Shown here one piece after another: positions 1-9,318 of a DNA stretch of 64,000 nt. Source of the DNA: an uncultured Clostridium sp. (lineage in GTDB: Bacteria; Bacillota; Clostridia; TANB77; CAG-508); assembly GCA_946497775.1 (NCBI GenBank), contig CAMMLS010000001.1, positions 96,280-160,279 of the forward strand, written 5' to 3'. Positions within the stretch are counted from its first letter, which is position 1. Every line of letters begins with the position of its first letter. The notes beneath the pieces are model-generated. The model searched no databases. It saw nothing but the letters and a program-made list of their open reading frames with translations, and was not told the DNA's origin. Position numbers and translations under genes: made by a program.

Positions 1-784
1 AATGCAAAGTTGCGATACCAGTTTTTAATGCTGTAAATCCCATTTCTTTTGAGATTTCTTTTAATGAAAATTTCTTTTCTATATCTTGCGCCATCATAGG
101 TGCAAATACAAGGGCTGTTTTACCTGTACCTGCAATACCAATAACCAATGTTGATTCAAATCTCTTACTTTCTGGAATTTTAATTGTTTTTCCAGATTCT
201 TTATCTTTACAAAGTTGTACTTCACAAGTAAGGGGACCTGCATCCTCAGAAGCAGGTGATAAATCAATTCCACCATAATCTGCAATAGAATCTTTTATAT
301 CTTTACTATCATTTACATTAATAAATATACGCTTAAAGAAAGGATATACTGTTGCTAGTGGCCAGTAAAGTGCTAATGATGTAAATGCAGGACCAACAAG
401 TTCTGGAAATTCTGTTACAATTTCAGAATAATTAGGAACTAACATAAATAAAAACCATAATATTCTATTTGAAAAACTTGCAAACATTGATAATATTAAA
501 ATATATAATGCTATACAATATAAATCAAAAAAAGCTACTTTGGTTGGGTCACTTTTGGCAAACTTTGATGCACCTGAAAATAGAAATGCAAAAACAGGAC
601 ATGCAAAAGCCAAAGTATATGCAATAGGTCCCCAATATGAATTAGAAACACCTGTAAAACACAAGAATAATAACTCTACAACTCTATCTACAACAAGGTA
701 AATAGTTATAAGAGTTAATATATATGTAAAAAATGTATTTCTGTCTGTACCTAAAAATTTTAAGAATTTATCAAATATTTTCAC
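1..784 (-). CDS. membrane-anchored P-loop NTPase, N-terminal part (gene runs off the window start)
   Basis: My translation of the minus strand from GTG at 784 to base 1 has no stops. It is absent from the ORF track because it is truncated. It shows hydrophobic helices (YWGPIAYTLAFACPVFAFLF...) followed by a Walker-A-like LVIGIAGTGKTALVF. A TraG/VirD4/HerA-like architecture is only a guess. Confidence 0.5.
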   Translation of the reverse strand, partial: MKIFDKFLKFLGTDRNTFFTYILTLITIYLVVDRVVELLFLCFTGVSNSYWGPIAYTLAFACPVFAFLFSGASKFAKSDPTKVAFFDLYCIALYILILSMFASFSNRILWFLFMLVPNYSEIVTEFPELVGPAFTSLALYWPLATVYPFFKRIFINVNDSKDIKDSIADYGGIDLSPASEDAGPLTCEVQLCKDKESGKTIKIPESKRFESTLVIGIAGTGKTALVFAPMMAQDIEKKFSLKEISKEMGFTALKTGIATLH

Positions 785-990
785 AAATAATTCACCGCTT
801 TCAAATTATATTTAGTAAATATTCATACACTTATATTATCCTATAAAAACGCTAAAAAAACAAGAGTTTTATCGAATTTTATGCAAAAAATTAGATAATT
901 TCTACTTATTTATATATGTAAAAATAAGAATGTTTAAAAATTCATATGAATATTATAGAAAAAATACATAAAAAATAGGGGATAATATAA

Positions 991-2616
991 ATGCATAAGA
1001 AAAGAAATTTCAAAAAAGAAAGTTTCATGCAGGGTGTACTTGCAATAATGGTTTCGCAAATTCTAATAAAAGTATTAGGATTAATTTATAAGTTATACCT
1101 TACAAATAAAGAAGGGTTTGGTGATGCAGGAAATGCCATATATAGTAGTGGATTTCAAATTTATGCATTACTTCTTACTCTTTCATCAATCGGAGTGCCA
1201 AATGCAATTGCAAAATTAGTTTCAGAAAGATTAGCAGTTGGCGATAGCAAAGGGGCACATAGAATATTTAAAGTTGCATTTGCAACATTTTCTGTAATAG
1301 GAGGAATTGGGACATCAATTTTATTCTATGGTGCTAAATATATTTCTAGTGTTGTACTTCAAATACCAGAAGCAGAATATACATTAGTAGCTCTTTCTCC
1401 ATCTATATTTTTTGTTTCCATATCATCGGTTGTAAGAGGATATTTTAATGGAAGACAAAATATGAAAGCAACTGCAAATTCACAAACAATTGAACAAGTT
1501 TTTAAAACTACATTAACAATAATAATTGTAGCAATAATAGGGGTTTGGTCTTCATCAAATACAGTACTTATGGCAGCAGGAGCAAATTTAGCAACAACAT
1601 TATCAACATTTTTAAGTTTTGCATATTTATATTTATACTATGGAGAAAAAAAGACAGAAATTGCACAAGATATAAAATTAAGCAAAAATTATAAACAATA
1701 TAGAATAAAAACAATAATAAAAACAATACTATCAGTATCAATACCAATTTTACTCAGCTCTCTTATGGCCGTAATAACTAAAAATATAGATGCTATGACA
1801 GTTGTAGGAGGACTAAAAACATTTATGTCTGAGGCATCTGCTAAATTACAATATGGTATATTAGCAGGAAAAGTGGATATACTAACAGCACTTCCATTAT
1901 CGTTTAACATAGCATTTGCTACTGCATTAGTACCTGCAATAGCATCAGCAAAAGCTGTGGGAGATATGAAAAGTGCAAGAAGAAAAGCGTCATTTTCTTT
2001 ACTTGTAACAATGCTTATAGGACTTCCTTGTACAATAGGGATGTTTGTATTTGCAGAACAAATACTTAATTTATTATTTCCAAATGCAAGTAGTGGTACA
2101 TTATTATTACAAATAAGTTCGTTAACAATAATATTTACAGTGTTAATTCAAACTATTAATGGGGCACTACAAGGATTAGGGAAAATTTTAGTTCCAGTAA
2201 TTTCATTAGGAGCAGGAGTAGCGGTAAAACTTATACTTAATTTAACACTTATTAAAATACCATATTTTGGAGTATATGGAGCAGCCATATCAACAGCAGC
2301 ATGCAATATAATATCTTTTGTAATAGGCTTTAGTGTTTTAATAAAAAATATGAAATTGAAAATAGATTTCGGAAAATTTATAATAAAACCGATTATGGCA
2401 ACATTAATGATGGCAATTTGCTCATATCATGTATACAATGTATTACAAAATATAACCGCGCAAAGTTTATCAACTATGATTTCTCTTTTGGTCGCAATAA
2501 TAATTTATTTAATTTCTATATTTGCACTTAGAATACTATCAAAGGAAGAAATTTACATGTTACCAGCAGGAGAAAAAATCTACAAAGCCTTGAATAGACT
2601 GGGACTGAGCAAATAA
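991..2616 (+). CDS. MOP/MurJ-family polysaccharide or lipid II flippase (SpoVB/YabM-like)
   Basis: 541 aa polytopic membrane protein with a typical MOP-flippase N-terminus (GVLAIMVSQILIKVLGLIYKLYLTN...). It sits just upstream of hup, as yabM-like genes do in Firmicutes. Confidence 0.8.
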   Translation: MHKKRNFKKESFMQGVLAIMVSQILIKVLGLIYKLYLTNKEGFGDAGNAIYSSGFQIYALLLTLSSIGVPNAIAKLVSERLAVGDSKGAHRIFKVAFATFSVIGGIGTSILFYGAKYISSVVLQIPEAEYTLVALSPSIFFVSISSVVRGYFNGRQNMKATANSQTIEQVFKTTLTIIIVAIIGVWSSSNTVLMAAGANLATTLSTFLSFAYLYLYYGEKKTEIAQDIKLSKNYKQYRIKTIIKTILSVSIPILLSSLMAVITKNIDAMTVVGGLKTFMSEASAKLQYGILAGKVDILTALPLSFNIAFATALVPAIASAKAVGDMKSARRKASFSLLVTMLIGLPCTIGMFVFAEQILNLLFPNASSGTLLLQISSLTIIFTVLIQTINGALQGLGKILVPVISLGAGVAVKLILNLTLIKIPYFGVYGAAISTAACNIISFVIGFSVLIKNMKLKIDFGKFIIKPIMATLMMAICSYHVYNVLQNITAQSLSTMISLLVAIIIYLISIFALRILSKEEIYMLPAGEKIYKALNRLGLSK

Positions 2617-2789
2617 CAAAAAAAGATAAAATTTGCAAAAAAATATGACGAAAAATCTGGAACCTTACAGAGTAAAAGGATTGATAAAAAATAATTTTAA
2701 AATTAAGAAGGATTTTATCTTAATATGGCGAATAATTTGTAATATAATAGATAAAATCTATATAACAAAATATTTAGGAGGTAGTTTAA

Positions 2790-3068
2790 ATGAACAAAGC
2801 TGAATTAATCGCAGCAATAGCTGCTCAAACAAACGAAACAAAGAAAAGTGCAGAAGCAACAGTTAACGCATTTGTTGATGTTGTTACAGAAGCATTAGTA
2901 AAAGGAGACAAAGTTCAATTAGTTGGATTTGGTTCTTTCGAAGTTAGAAAAAGAGCAGCAAGAAAAGGAAGAAATCCACAAACTAAGGAAGAAATAAAAA
3001 TACCTGCTTCAAAAGCACCTGTATTTAAAGCTGGAAAAGCATTAAAAGATTTAGTAAACAAAAAATAA
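2790..3068 (+). CDS. hup: DNA-binding protein HU
   Basis: 92 aa: [11 protein letters not shown]...[20 protein letters not shown]...[17 protein letters not shown], the canonical HU signature. RBS is aggagg. Confidence 0.95.
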   Translation: MNKAELIAAIAAQTNETKKSAEATVNAFVDVVTEALVKGDKVQLVGFGSFEVRKRAARKGRNPQTKEEIKIPASKAPVFKAGKALKDLVNKK

Positions 3069-3096
3069 GAATTGATATATTATATGAATTCATATA

Positions 3097-3130
3097 AAAA
3101 GATATAAGTTATTAACTTATATCTTTTTTA
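3097..3130. terminator. bidirectional rho-independent terminator between hup and the convergent XRE gene
   Basis: The stem GATATAAGTT (3101-3110) pairs with AACTTATATC (3114-3123) over a 3-nt loop. It is flanked by an A-run upstream and a T-run downstream. Confidence 0.7.
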
Positions 3131-3331
3131 TTATTTAACTTTTTTAAATAAATCATTAGGCTCGCAATCTAAAAGCTCACAAAATTTTTCTATATTATCA
3201 TATTTTATAGATCTTGTTTTATTAGTAACAATATTATTAAAATTAGTATAACTCATATCTAATTGATTAAATAACCAATATTTTGTTTTCTTTTTCGCTT
3301 TCAAGAGTTCCAAAACATTTAATTGCAACAT
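3131..3331 (-). CDS. XRE/Cro-C1-type HTH transcriptional regulator (66 aa)
   Basis: MLQLNVLELLKAKKKTKYWLFNQLDMSYTNFNNIVTNKTRSIKYDNIEKFCELLDCEPNDLF. I chose the start at the internal ATG 3331 because AGGAGG lies 9 nt upstream. The ORF-track start at 3397 has no RBS. Confidence 0.75.
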   Translation of the reverse strand: MLQLNVLELLKAKKKTKYWLFNQLDMSYTNFNNIVTNKTRSIKYDNIEKFCELLDCEPNDLFKKVK

Positions 3332-3480
3332 ACACACATACCTCCTAAAATTATTATGACTATATTTTATATGAGATATTCCTATTGCGTAACTCATTTA
3401 AAAATTATATAATTATTCCGTGAGACAAAATGAAATAAAAAGACAGGATATAAAAAGTCATACAAAAGGAGGAATAAAAA

Positions 3481-3672
3481 TTGGAAAATAATATAAGAAA
3501 AATAAGGCAAGAAAAGGGATTAACAATAGAAGAACTAGCACATTTAGCTAATACTTCAAAAGCATATATTTATCACTTAGAAAATGGAACCAGAAAAAAT
3601 CCATCATATGAAATAATGAAAAGTATATCTCAGAGCTTAGACAAAGAAATAATGGATGTTTTTATTTTCTAA
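3481..3672 (+). CDS. XRE-family HTH transcriptional regulator (63 aa)
   Basis: IRKIRQEKGLTIEELAHLANTSKAYIYHLENGTRKNPSYEIMKSISQSL is a classic HTH_3 motif. TTG start preceded by aaggagg. Divergent from the 3131-3331 gene. Confidence 0.8.
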   Translation: MENNIRKIRQEKGLTIEELAHLANTSKAYIYHLENGTRKNPSYEIMKSISQSLDKEIMDVFIF

Positions 3673-3689
3673 AAAAAATAAAAAAAGTA

Positions 3690-3719
3690 TTGACAAGTAT
3701 TAATATAGAGTAGTATAAT
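3690..3719 (+). promoter_or_regulatory. sigma-A type promoter for tRNA-Leu
   Basis: TTGACA (3690-3695), 18-nt spacer, TATAAT (3714-3719), about 20 nt upstream of the tRNA 5' end. Confidence 0.7.
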
Positions 3720-3740
3720 AAGACTTGTCAGTTGAAACAT

Positions 3741-3830
3741 GCAGATGTGGCGAAACTGGCAGACGCACAGGACTTAAAATCCTGCGGGACTTAAACTCCC
3801 GTGCCGGTTCGATTCCGGCCATCTGCACCA
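3741..3830 (+). tRNA. tRNA-Leu (anticodon UAA), CCA encoded
   Basis: The acceptor stem GCAGATG pairs with CATCTGC. The anticodon stem is CAGGA/TCCTG with loop CTTAAAA (anticodon TAA). There is a long variable arm (CGGGACTTAAACTCCCGT), a T-arm GCCGGTTCGATTCCGGC and a terminal ACCA. Confidence 0.9.
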
Positions 3831-3832
3831 TG

Positions 3833-3872
3833 AGCGAGTAAGAAAGTAGCGATTTTCTTGCTCGCTTTTTTT
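3833..3872 (+). terminator. rho-independent terminator after tRNA-Leu
   Basis: AGCGAGTAAGAAA pairs with TTTCTTGCTCGCT (one G-U pair) and is followed by a T-run. Confidence 0.75.
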
Positions 3873-4112
3873 ATGTGTGCAAATGTAAATTTGCTAACAG
3901 TTTGCTAATCTGTTGCTAATCCAATTTTAATTTTCTACTGTTAATAAATATTTTATTATTCTATTTGCTATATTTCGTCATGCTATATCAATTCATTATA
4001 AGTAAATTATTTATTACATTTTTATATAAAAAATTATATTTTTTTGATATAATAACAAAGGGAATGATATTGAATAAAATTAATAATTTTAATAATAAGA
4101 AAGGAGAGCAAT

Positions 4113-4754
4113 ATGAAAAAATACCGTTGTACAATATGTGGATACATCTACGATGAAGCAGTAGAAAAAATAAAATTTGAGGACTTGCCAGATGATTGGA
4201 AATGCCCATTATGTGGAGCTCCTAAATCTTTATTTGAAGAAGTAAAAGAAGAGCAAGAGCCTGCAAAAGAAAAAAATACAGTAAATAACGAAGAACAGGA
4301 AAAAAGGGAAGAATTAAGAGAATTAACAAATTACGAAATTTCATTAATCTGCTCTAATTTGGCAAGAGGATGTGAAAAACAATATTTAGAAGAAGAACAA
4401 AAACTTTTTAGAGAGCTAGCAGAACATTACGAATCAAAAGAAAAAAGTAAAGAAGGAACATTAAATGATGTTGCAAATGAATTAACAGAAGATATTAATA
4501 AATTTAAAAGCGCTATGAATATAGCAGAAAAATATCAAGATAGAGGGGCAAAAAGAATTATTACTTGGGCAAGCAAAACAACTAATATTATGAAAGTAAT
4601 TCTAGAAAATTATAAAAACAAAGGAACGGATTATTTAAAAAATACTAAAATTTGGGTATGTGATATATGTGGATTTGTATATATTGGAGATGTTCCACCA
4701 GAAATATGCCCAATATGTAAAGTACCAAAATTAAAAATATTGGAGGTAAAATAA
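4113..4754 (+). CDS. rubredoxin-domain / rubrerythrin-like protein
   Basis: N-terminal rubredoxin ([12 protein letters not shown]...[10 protein letters not shown]) and a C-terminal rubrerythrin-type Cys4 motif ([10 protein letters not shown]...CPICKVPK). The helical middle carries one ExxH (ELAEHY). Confidence 0.7.
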   Translation: MKKYRCTICGYIYDEAVEKIKFEDLPDDWKCPLCGAPKSLFEEVKEEQEPAKEKNTVNNEEQEKREELRELTNYEISLICSNLARGCEKQYLEEEQKLFRELAEHYESKEKSKEGTLNDVANELTEDINKFKSAMNIAEKYQDRGAKRIITWASKTTNIMKVILENYKNKGTDYLKNTKIWVCDICGFVYIGDVPPEICPICKVPKLKILEVK

Positions 4755-4755
4755 T

Positions 4756-5247
4756 ATGGGGAAAGAGCATGCATATAGAAATTTAAAATTATGTACTAAG
4801 GATTGCTTGTGTTTATTTGTTTGCCCAGTAGGAGCAACAAACACAGAAGATGGACAAATTGACTTTGAAAAATGCATAGGTTGCGGAGCATGTAGCAGAG
4901 CATGCCCATCACACGCTATTACAATGATACCAAATAAAATGCCACCACAACAAAAAAAGGAACAACAAGTAGTAAACGAATTATTTAAAATTGCAGATAG
5001 TAAAATAGAAGAAATAAAAATGTTAACACATTTATTAGAAAATGCAAAAGAAGATAATGAAATACGATTACTAAAAGCTTTAATTCATTCAAACAAAGTA
5101 ATGGTAGAAGATATTATGAGAGAAGCGGGATACATGTTACCTCAAAGTAGTAATACTAACAAATTATTAAAACAATTACTAGAAAGTGACAACTCACAAA
5201 AAGAAACAATAGAAAAATTAATAAATAAACTAAAAATAAACGATTAA
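4756..5247 (+). CDS. 4Fe-4S ferredoxin-domain protein
   Basis: CxxCxxCxxxCP-type motifs (CLCLFVCPVGA; CIGCGACSRACPSHAI). The start lies 2 nt after the preceding stop, so the genes are probably translationally coupled. Confidence 0.75.
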   Translation: MGKEHAYRNLKLCTKDCLCLFVCPVGATNTEDGQIDFEKCIGCGACSRACPSHAITMIPNKMPPQQKKEQQVVNELFKIADSKIEEIKMLTHLLENAKEDNEIRLLKALIHSNKVMVEDIMREAGYMLPQSSNTNKLLKQLLESDNSQKETIEKLINKLKIND

Positions 5248-5281
5248 AATAATTAATTAAATGATTAGAAAGTGAGAAAAA

Positions 5282-5935
5282 ATGAAGAAAAAGCAAATAA
5301 TTATTTTAGCAATAGCAACAATTATACTAACATTATTAATTATTTATATCCTATACATATTAAATTATATCCCACACAAAAAATACAGTAATGAAGACTT
5401 TAATATAAAAACATACATAAGCAGTTCCGATAAAGATAAAGATGGAATTGATGACCAAACCGATATATTAAATAGTGTAAAAGAATATATAAAAACAAAA
5501 CCGAAATATAAAAGTAAATATTATGCAAATGGATATCCAAATGACGAATATGGAGTATGTACAGATGTAGTAGCCTTTGGATTAAAAGGAGCCGGATATG
5601 ATTTAATGCAATTAGTGAATGAAGATATTATAAACAATAGAGATAAATACAACATAGAAACAATAGATATAAACATTGATTTTAGAAGAGTTAGAAATCT
5701 AAAAACATATTTTGAAAACAATGCTATTCCATTAACAACAGATATTACTAAAATTGAAGAATGGCAAGGGGGAGACATAGTTATTTTTGAAAATCATATT
5801 GGAATAGTATCAGATAAAAGAAATGCAAAAGGAATAACATTTGTTATTCATCATGCTAATCCATTTCAAATCTATTATGAAGAGGATATTTTAGAATTAA
5901 AAAATGATATTGTAGGTCATTATAGAATGACATAA
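5282..5935 (+). CDS. DUF1287-family protein with N-terminal membrane anchor
   Basis: YGVCTDVVAFGLKGAGYDL...RRVRNLKTYF...GDIVIFENHIGIVSDKRN matches my recollection of the DUF1287 signature. Confidence 0.7.
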   Translation: MKKKQIIILAIATIILTLLIIYILYILNYIPHKKYSNEDFNIKTYISSSDKDKDGIDDQTDILNSVKEYIKTKPKYKSKYYANGYPNDEYGVCTDVVAFGLKGAGYDLMQLVNEDIINNRDKYNIETIDINIDFRRVRNLKTYFENNAIPLTTDITKIEEWQGGDIVIFENHIGIVSDKRNAKGITFVIHHANPFQIYYEEDILELKNDIVGHYRMT

Positions 5936-6066
5936 ATTTATATTTGTTAAAAAATTTAAATGTTCTAAAAATATGATTCAAAAGAAATTGATTTTGATAA
6001 ACTATTGGGGAAAAGTAATTATTTCTCAAATACTAAGTAATTACTTTTAAAAAAGAAGCTGTACAT

Positions 6067-6440
6067 ATGATTCTTTTATTGAGGATGTTTTCACATGACA
6101 GAAAAAGAAGTTATATATGCAAGAATATTAAACAGAAACGGACAGAATATGATAAATATGGTGTGATAATAATATTTGGAATAAATGAGCATAATAATTT
6201 TGTAGAGCAAGATGTATATGATGTAAATGACCTACAAAGGCTAATTACCTCATTAGGTACTGATTCTCTTGTGCCTAAAATTAGGACAGAGTTTTTAGCA
6301 ATTACATATAAAGTTTTTAAATAAAAAATATTAAAGCTAAATGGCATTATAGAAAATAGTACTGGTGAAATACATTCCACATTAGCAGGAATGATAGTAT
6401 TTGTAGAATATTCACATGTATTTTGGTGTTAGTACCATTT
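6067..6440 (+). pseudogene. degraded remnant of a second AlbA_2 (Schlafen-like) regulator gene
   Basis: Fragments in different frames resemble the N-terminal domain of the next gene: YGVIIIFGINEHNNFVEQDVYDVNDLQRLI versus GGIILFGVDDKKHEEKGVADVVNATEKI, and later LAGMIVF. They are interrupted by stops. Confidence 0.35.
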
Positions 6441-6507
6441 TTAAAATATGAATACTCTTTTAAATACATATGATATAATAGTAAAAAGTTAAAAAAGGAG
6501 GAATCAA

Positions 6508-7953
6508 GTGAAATTAGAAGATTACAAAAAAGTAGAAACTACTAATATAGATTTTAAAGTTGACTTAGAAAAAGAAAAACCTAAAAGTTGGTTAAAATCA
6601 GTTTCAGCATTTGCAAATACAAAAGGTGGAATAATTCTATTTGGTGTAGACGATAAAAAACATGAAGAAAAAGGAGTGGCAGATGTAGTAAATGCAACAG
6701 AAAAAATATCAGAACTTATAAATGCTAGAATTGAACCGTTACCAAGGTATGAATTAAATTATTTTGAAGAAAATGGAAAAGATTTTATTGAATTAGAAAT
6801 TGGAGATGGTCCAATTACCCCATATTTTTATGTAGCAGATGGCAGAAAAGAAGCATTTATAAGATCAGGAAATCAAAGTATACCAGCACCTGCACATATA
6901 TTACAAAATTTAATTTTAAAAGGTAAAAATATAACATTTGATTCTTTACCAAGCGAATACAATGTTGGGGACTTAAGCTTTACATTATTAACTGCTACAA
7001 TAAAAGATAAAACAGGAAAGAAATTTGACAAAGATAGAGATTATATTTCTCTCGGATTAGCAGATAAAAATAATAAATTAACTAATGGAGGAGTATTATT
7101 AAGCGACCAGGGACCACTTAATCAATCAAAAGTTGTATGTACAAGATGGAATGGATTAACAAAAGGTTCGATTAAGGAAAATGCGCTAGATGACAAAGAA
7201 TATACAGGAAGTTTAATCAGCTTGTTAGAAAATGCAGATACATTTATAAAAAACAATTCAAAAAATAGTTGGAAAATCAAAGGGATGGATAGAATAGAGT
7301 ATGAAGATTATCCAATAACTGCAAGAAGAGAAGCAATTGTAAATGCTTTAATTCACAGAGATTATCAAATTTTAGGATCTGAAATTCATATAGATATGTA
7401 TGATGATAGACTTGAAATAGTTTCGCCAGGAGGAATGATAGATGGGACACAGATTCAAAATCTAGAAATCGGCAAAGTTCCGTCTATGAGGAGAAATACA
7501 ATTATTTCTGATGTGTTTAGTAGATTACACTATATGGATAGAAGAGGTAGTGGACTTAGCCGTATAATGGAAAGCTATAATGATTTTATGGAAAAACCTA
7601 GATTTTTATCTGATGAATCATCTTTTACAGCAATATTCCCTAATAAAGGATACAGTCCGGTTTTGACAATAAATAATCCGGTTATAACCGGACAAAACGG
7701 GAATGTTGTATCAGATGAAGATTATTTCTTAATAAAATTATATAAAAATTTGGGAGATAAGGTTAGAGCTAAAACATTATCAGAGCTAAAATTATTTTTT
7801 ACACAATTTCAATATGATAAAATTTTTACAAGAGAAGATATAAAAAAAATTTTTAATGTAAAAAATTCTAGAGCATCTGAGATAGTAGCAATATTATTAA
7901 ATAATAACATGATAGAAAATACAGAAGGCAGTAAATATAAATTTAAAAGATAG
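6508..7953 (+). CDS. AlbA_2 (Schlafen-type) plus HATPase_c_4 putative transcriptional regulator ('RecG-like' annotation family)
   Basis: N-terminal part: IDFKVDL...WLKSVSAFANTKGGIILFGVDD. Central part: REAIVNALIHRDYQILGSEIHIDMYDDRLEIVSPGG. GTG start preceded by aaggagg. Confidence 0.8.
   Translation: MKLEDYKKVETTNIDFKVDLEKEKPKSWLKSVSAFANTKGGIILFGVDDKKHEEKGVADVVNATEKISELINARIEPLPRYELNYFEENGKDFIELEIGDGPITPYFYVADGRKEAFIRSGNQSIPAPAHILQNLILKGKNITFDSLPSEYNVGDLSFTLLTATIKDKTGKKFDKDRDYISLGLADKNNKLTNGGVLLSDQGPLNQSKVVCTRWNGLTKGSIKENALDDKEYTGSLISLLENADTFIKNNSKNSWKIKGMDRIEYEDYPITARREAIVNALIHRDYQILGSEIHIDMYDDRLEIVSPGGMIDGTQIQNLEIGKVPSMRRNTIISDVFSRLHYMDRRGSGLSRIMESYNDFMEKPRFLSDESSFTAIFPNKGYSPVLTINNPVITGQNGNVVSDEDYFLIKLYKNLGDKVRAKTLSELKLFFTQFQYDKIFTREDIKKIFNVKNSRASEIVAILLNNNMIENTEGSKYKFKR
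7648..7693. repeat. hairpin element copy 1 (inside the AlbA_2 CDS)
   Basis: GGATACAGTCCGGTTTTG...GTTATAACCGGAC. It contains the perfect 16-bp palindrome TCCGGTTATAACCGGA (7678-7693). Confidence 0.6.
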
Positions 7954-8007
7954 TTCGGCTTTGTATATAAATTTGTCCTGTTAAAACCGGACTTTTAAAC
8001 AATAGAT
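7953..8007. repeat. hairpin element copy 2 (immediately after the AlbA_2 stop)
   Basis: GTTCGGCTTTGTATATAAATTTGTCCTGTTAAAACCGGACTTTTAAACAATAGAT. It is about 85% identical to copy 3 by eye. Confidence 0.65.
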
Positions 8008-8100
8008 TATTTGATTTGAGCTGTTTGCATCTGCTAAGAACTGTTCAGTTTAGTGGATAGTATATAAAATATTTGAAAATGATAAAAAACATTTATATTT

Positions 8101-8161
8101 GGATATAGTCCGGTTTTGTATAAAAAAAGTCCTGTTAAAACCGGACTTTTACAAAATAGAT
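8101..8161. repeat. hairpin element copy 3 (intergenic)
   Basis: GGATATAGTCCGGTTTTGTATAAAAAAAGTCCTGTTAAAACCGGACTTTTACAAAATAGAT. The arms AGTCCGGTTTT and AAAACCGGACT are perfectly complementary. Confidence 0.65.
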
Positions 8162-8428
8162 AAAATAAAAAAGAAGTAAATATGGGAGAATAAATGTATC
8201 AAAAGATATAATACTATTTGTAGTAAATTCAGAATATTAAAGAAAGCATAACTAAAAAAATATACTTAAAATGATGCAAAATATATATGAAAATGCAGGT
8301 TTAATATTAGTTATGAATGAAAATAATACTAAGAAAAAAGAAAATAAAAAGAGATAATATGATATTATAATATTATAAATAAAAATTAGTAATCAACTAA
8401 AAGTATAATAAAAAGAGAGGTAAAATAT

Positions 8429-9196
8429 ATGTTTTTTGTAGATAAAGATTATGAAACATTTAATGAAGAATATATAAAATTAAATACAAAGGAAATAAGA
8501 GACAGAAGAAAAGAAATTCAAGAAAAGTTATTAGAAATAAATTCAGATGTAAAAAGTTTAATTGTTAATAAATATAAATTACATAATCATTGGAATAAAG
8601 CAAATATAACATCATTATTATTCCCTTGCGAATATAATCATGGGATAGTAAATTGGATAGGTGTAAGATATGGAAGAAGCAAAAGAGATATAATGCTATT
8701 AAACTCAGGGAGAGAACTAACAGATGAGTATTTGGGATTCCAAAAATACAATTGCTTTCAAATAGACATATCAAGAACGGGAATTGATATTGGTATTTAC
8801 CATTCAGTTCCAAAAGATAGTATAGATAGAAGCTATGTTATAGAACAATTAAATAAAAGCAATGATAATTTTATAAATAATTTATCGTGTGAAATAGAGA
8901 AATTACAGGGATATAATTACCAATTTGAAGTTAGTTGGATTAATAAAGAAACAAATAATTGGGAAAATAGAAGTTTTTCACTTGATGACTTTAATAAAGA
9001 AAATGTGGGGCAAAAATTTATACAGTTTTATAAAGAAAATTGTATTGATGGAAGGTATAGTTGTATTTTATATCATTATCCTAGAAAAGATAGTAGAATA
9101 CAGGATAAAGAAAGTATAGAAAAGGAATTATTAAAAAATATAGAACTATTATATCCTCTATATAGAATTATTAGCTGGAATTTTGATAATAATTAA
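8429..9196 (+). CDS. hypothetical protein (255 aa), no family recognised
   Basis: Long ORF with RBS agagagg. It sits in an AT-rich accessory stretch and I recognise no motif. Confidence 0.55.
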   Translation: MFFVDKDYETFNEEYIKLNTKEIRDRRKEIQEKLLEINSDVKSLIVNKYKLHNHWNKANITSLLFPCEYNHGIVNWIGVRYGRSKRDIMLLNSGRELTDEYLGFQKYNCFQIDISRTGIDIGIYHSVPKDSIDRSYVIEQLNKSNDNFINNLSCEIEKLQGYNYQFEVSWINKETNNWENRSFSLDDFNKENVGQKFIQFYKENCIDGRYSCILYHYPRKDSRIQDKESIEKELLKNIELLYPLYRIISWNFDNN

Positions 9197-9221
9197 AATT
9201 CTAAATGAATATTTTCTTATT

Positions 9222-9290
9222 AAACTAAACTACTGGTTTATCAAACTAAACCAACTGTCGGTTGAGCTTGCAAAACAACAATAGTACAAT
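9222..9290 (+). promoter_or_regulatory. putative promoter with two upstream direct repeats (candidate operator)
   Basis: AAACTAAACTACTGGTTT (9222-9239) and AAACTAAACCAACTGTCGGTT (9243-9263). Then TTGAGC (9262-9267), 17 nt, TACAAT (9285-9290), ahead of the XRE gene. Confidence 0.4.
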
Positions 9291-9318
9291 AGAATTAACA
9301 ATTAAAGGAGGGATTTAA

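Noticed and set aside
94-285. A 63-aa minus-strand ORF near the window start.
   Set aside because: It is in a different frame from the long stop-free minus-strand reading frame (1-784), which carries TM helices and a Walker A motif.
8925-9119. A 64-aa ORF nested in another frame of the 8429-9196 hypothetical gene.
   Set aside because: It is fully contained in the longer ORF, has no RBS and no recognisable motif.
3131-9300. Calling a prophage or integrative island next to tRNA-Leu.
   Set aside because: I could find no integrase, recombinase, phage structural genes or repeat of the tRNA 3' end. Only weak circumstantial signs exist, so I made no mobile_element call.
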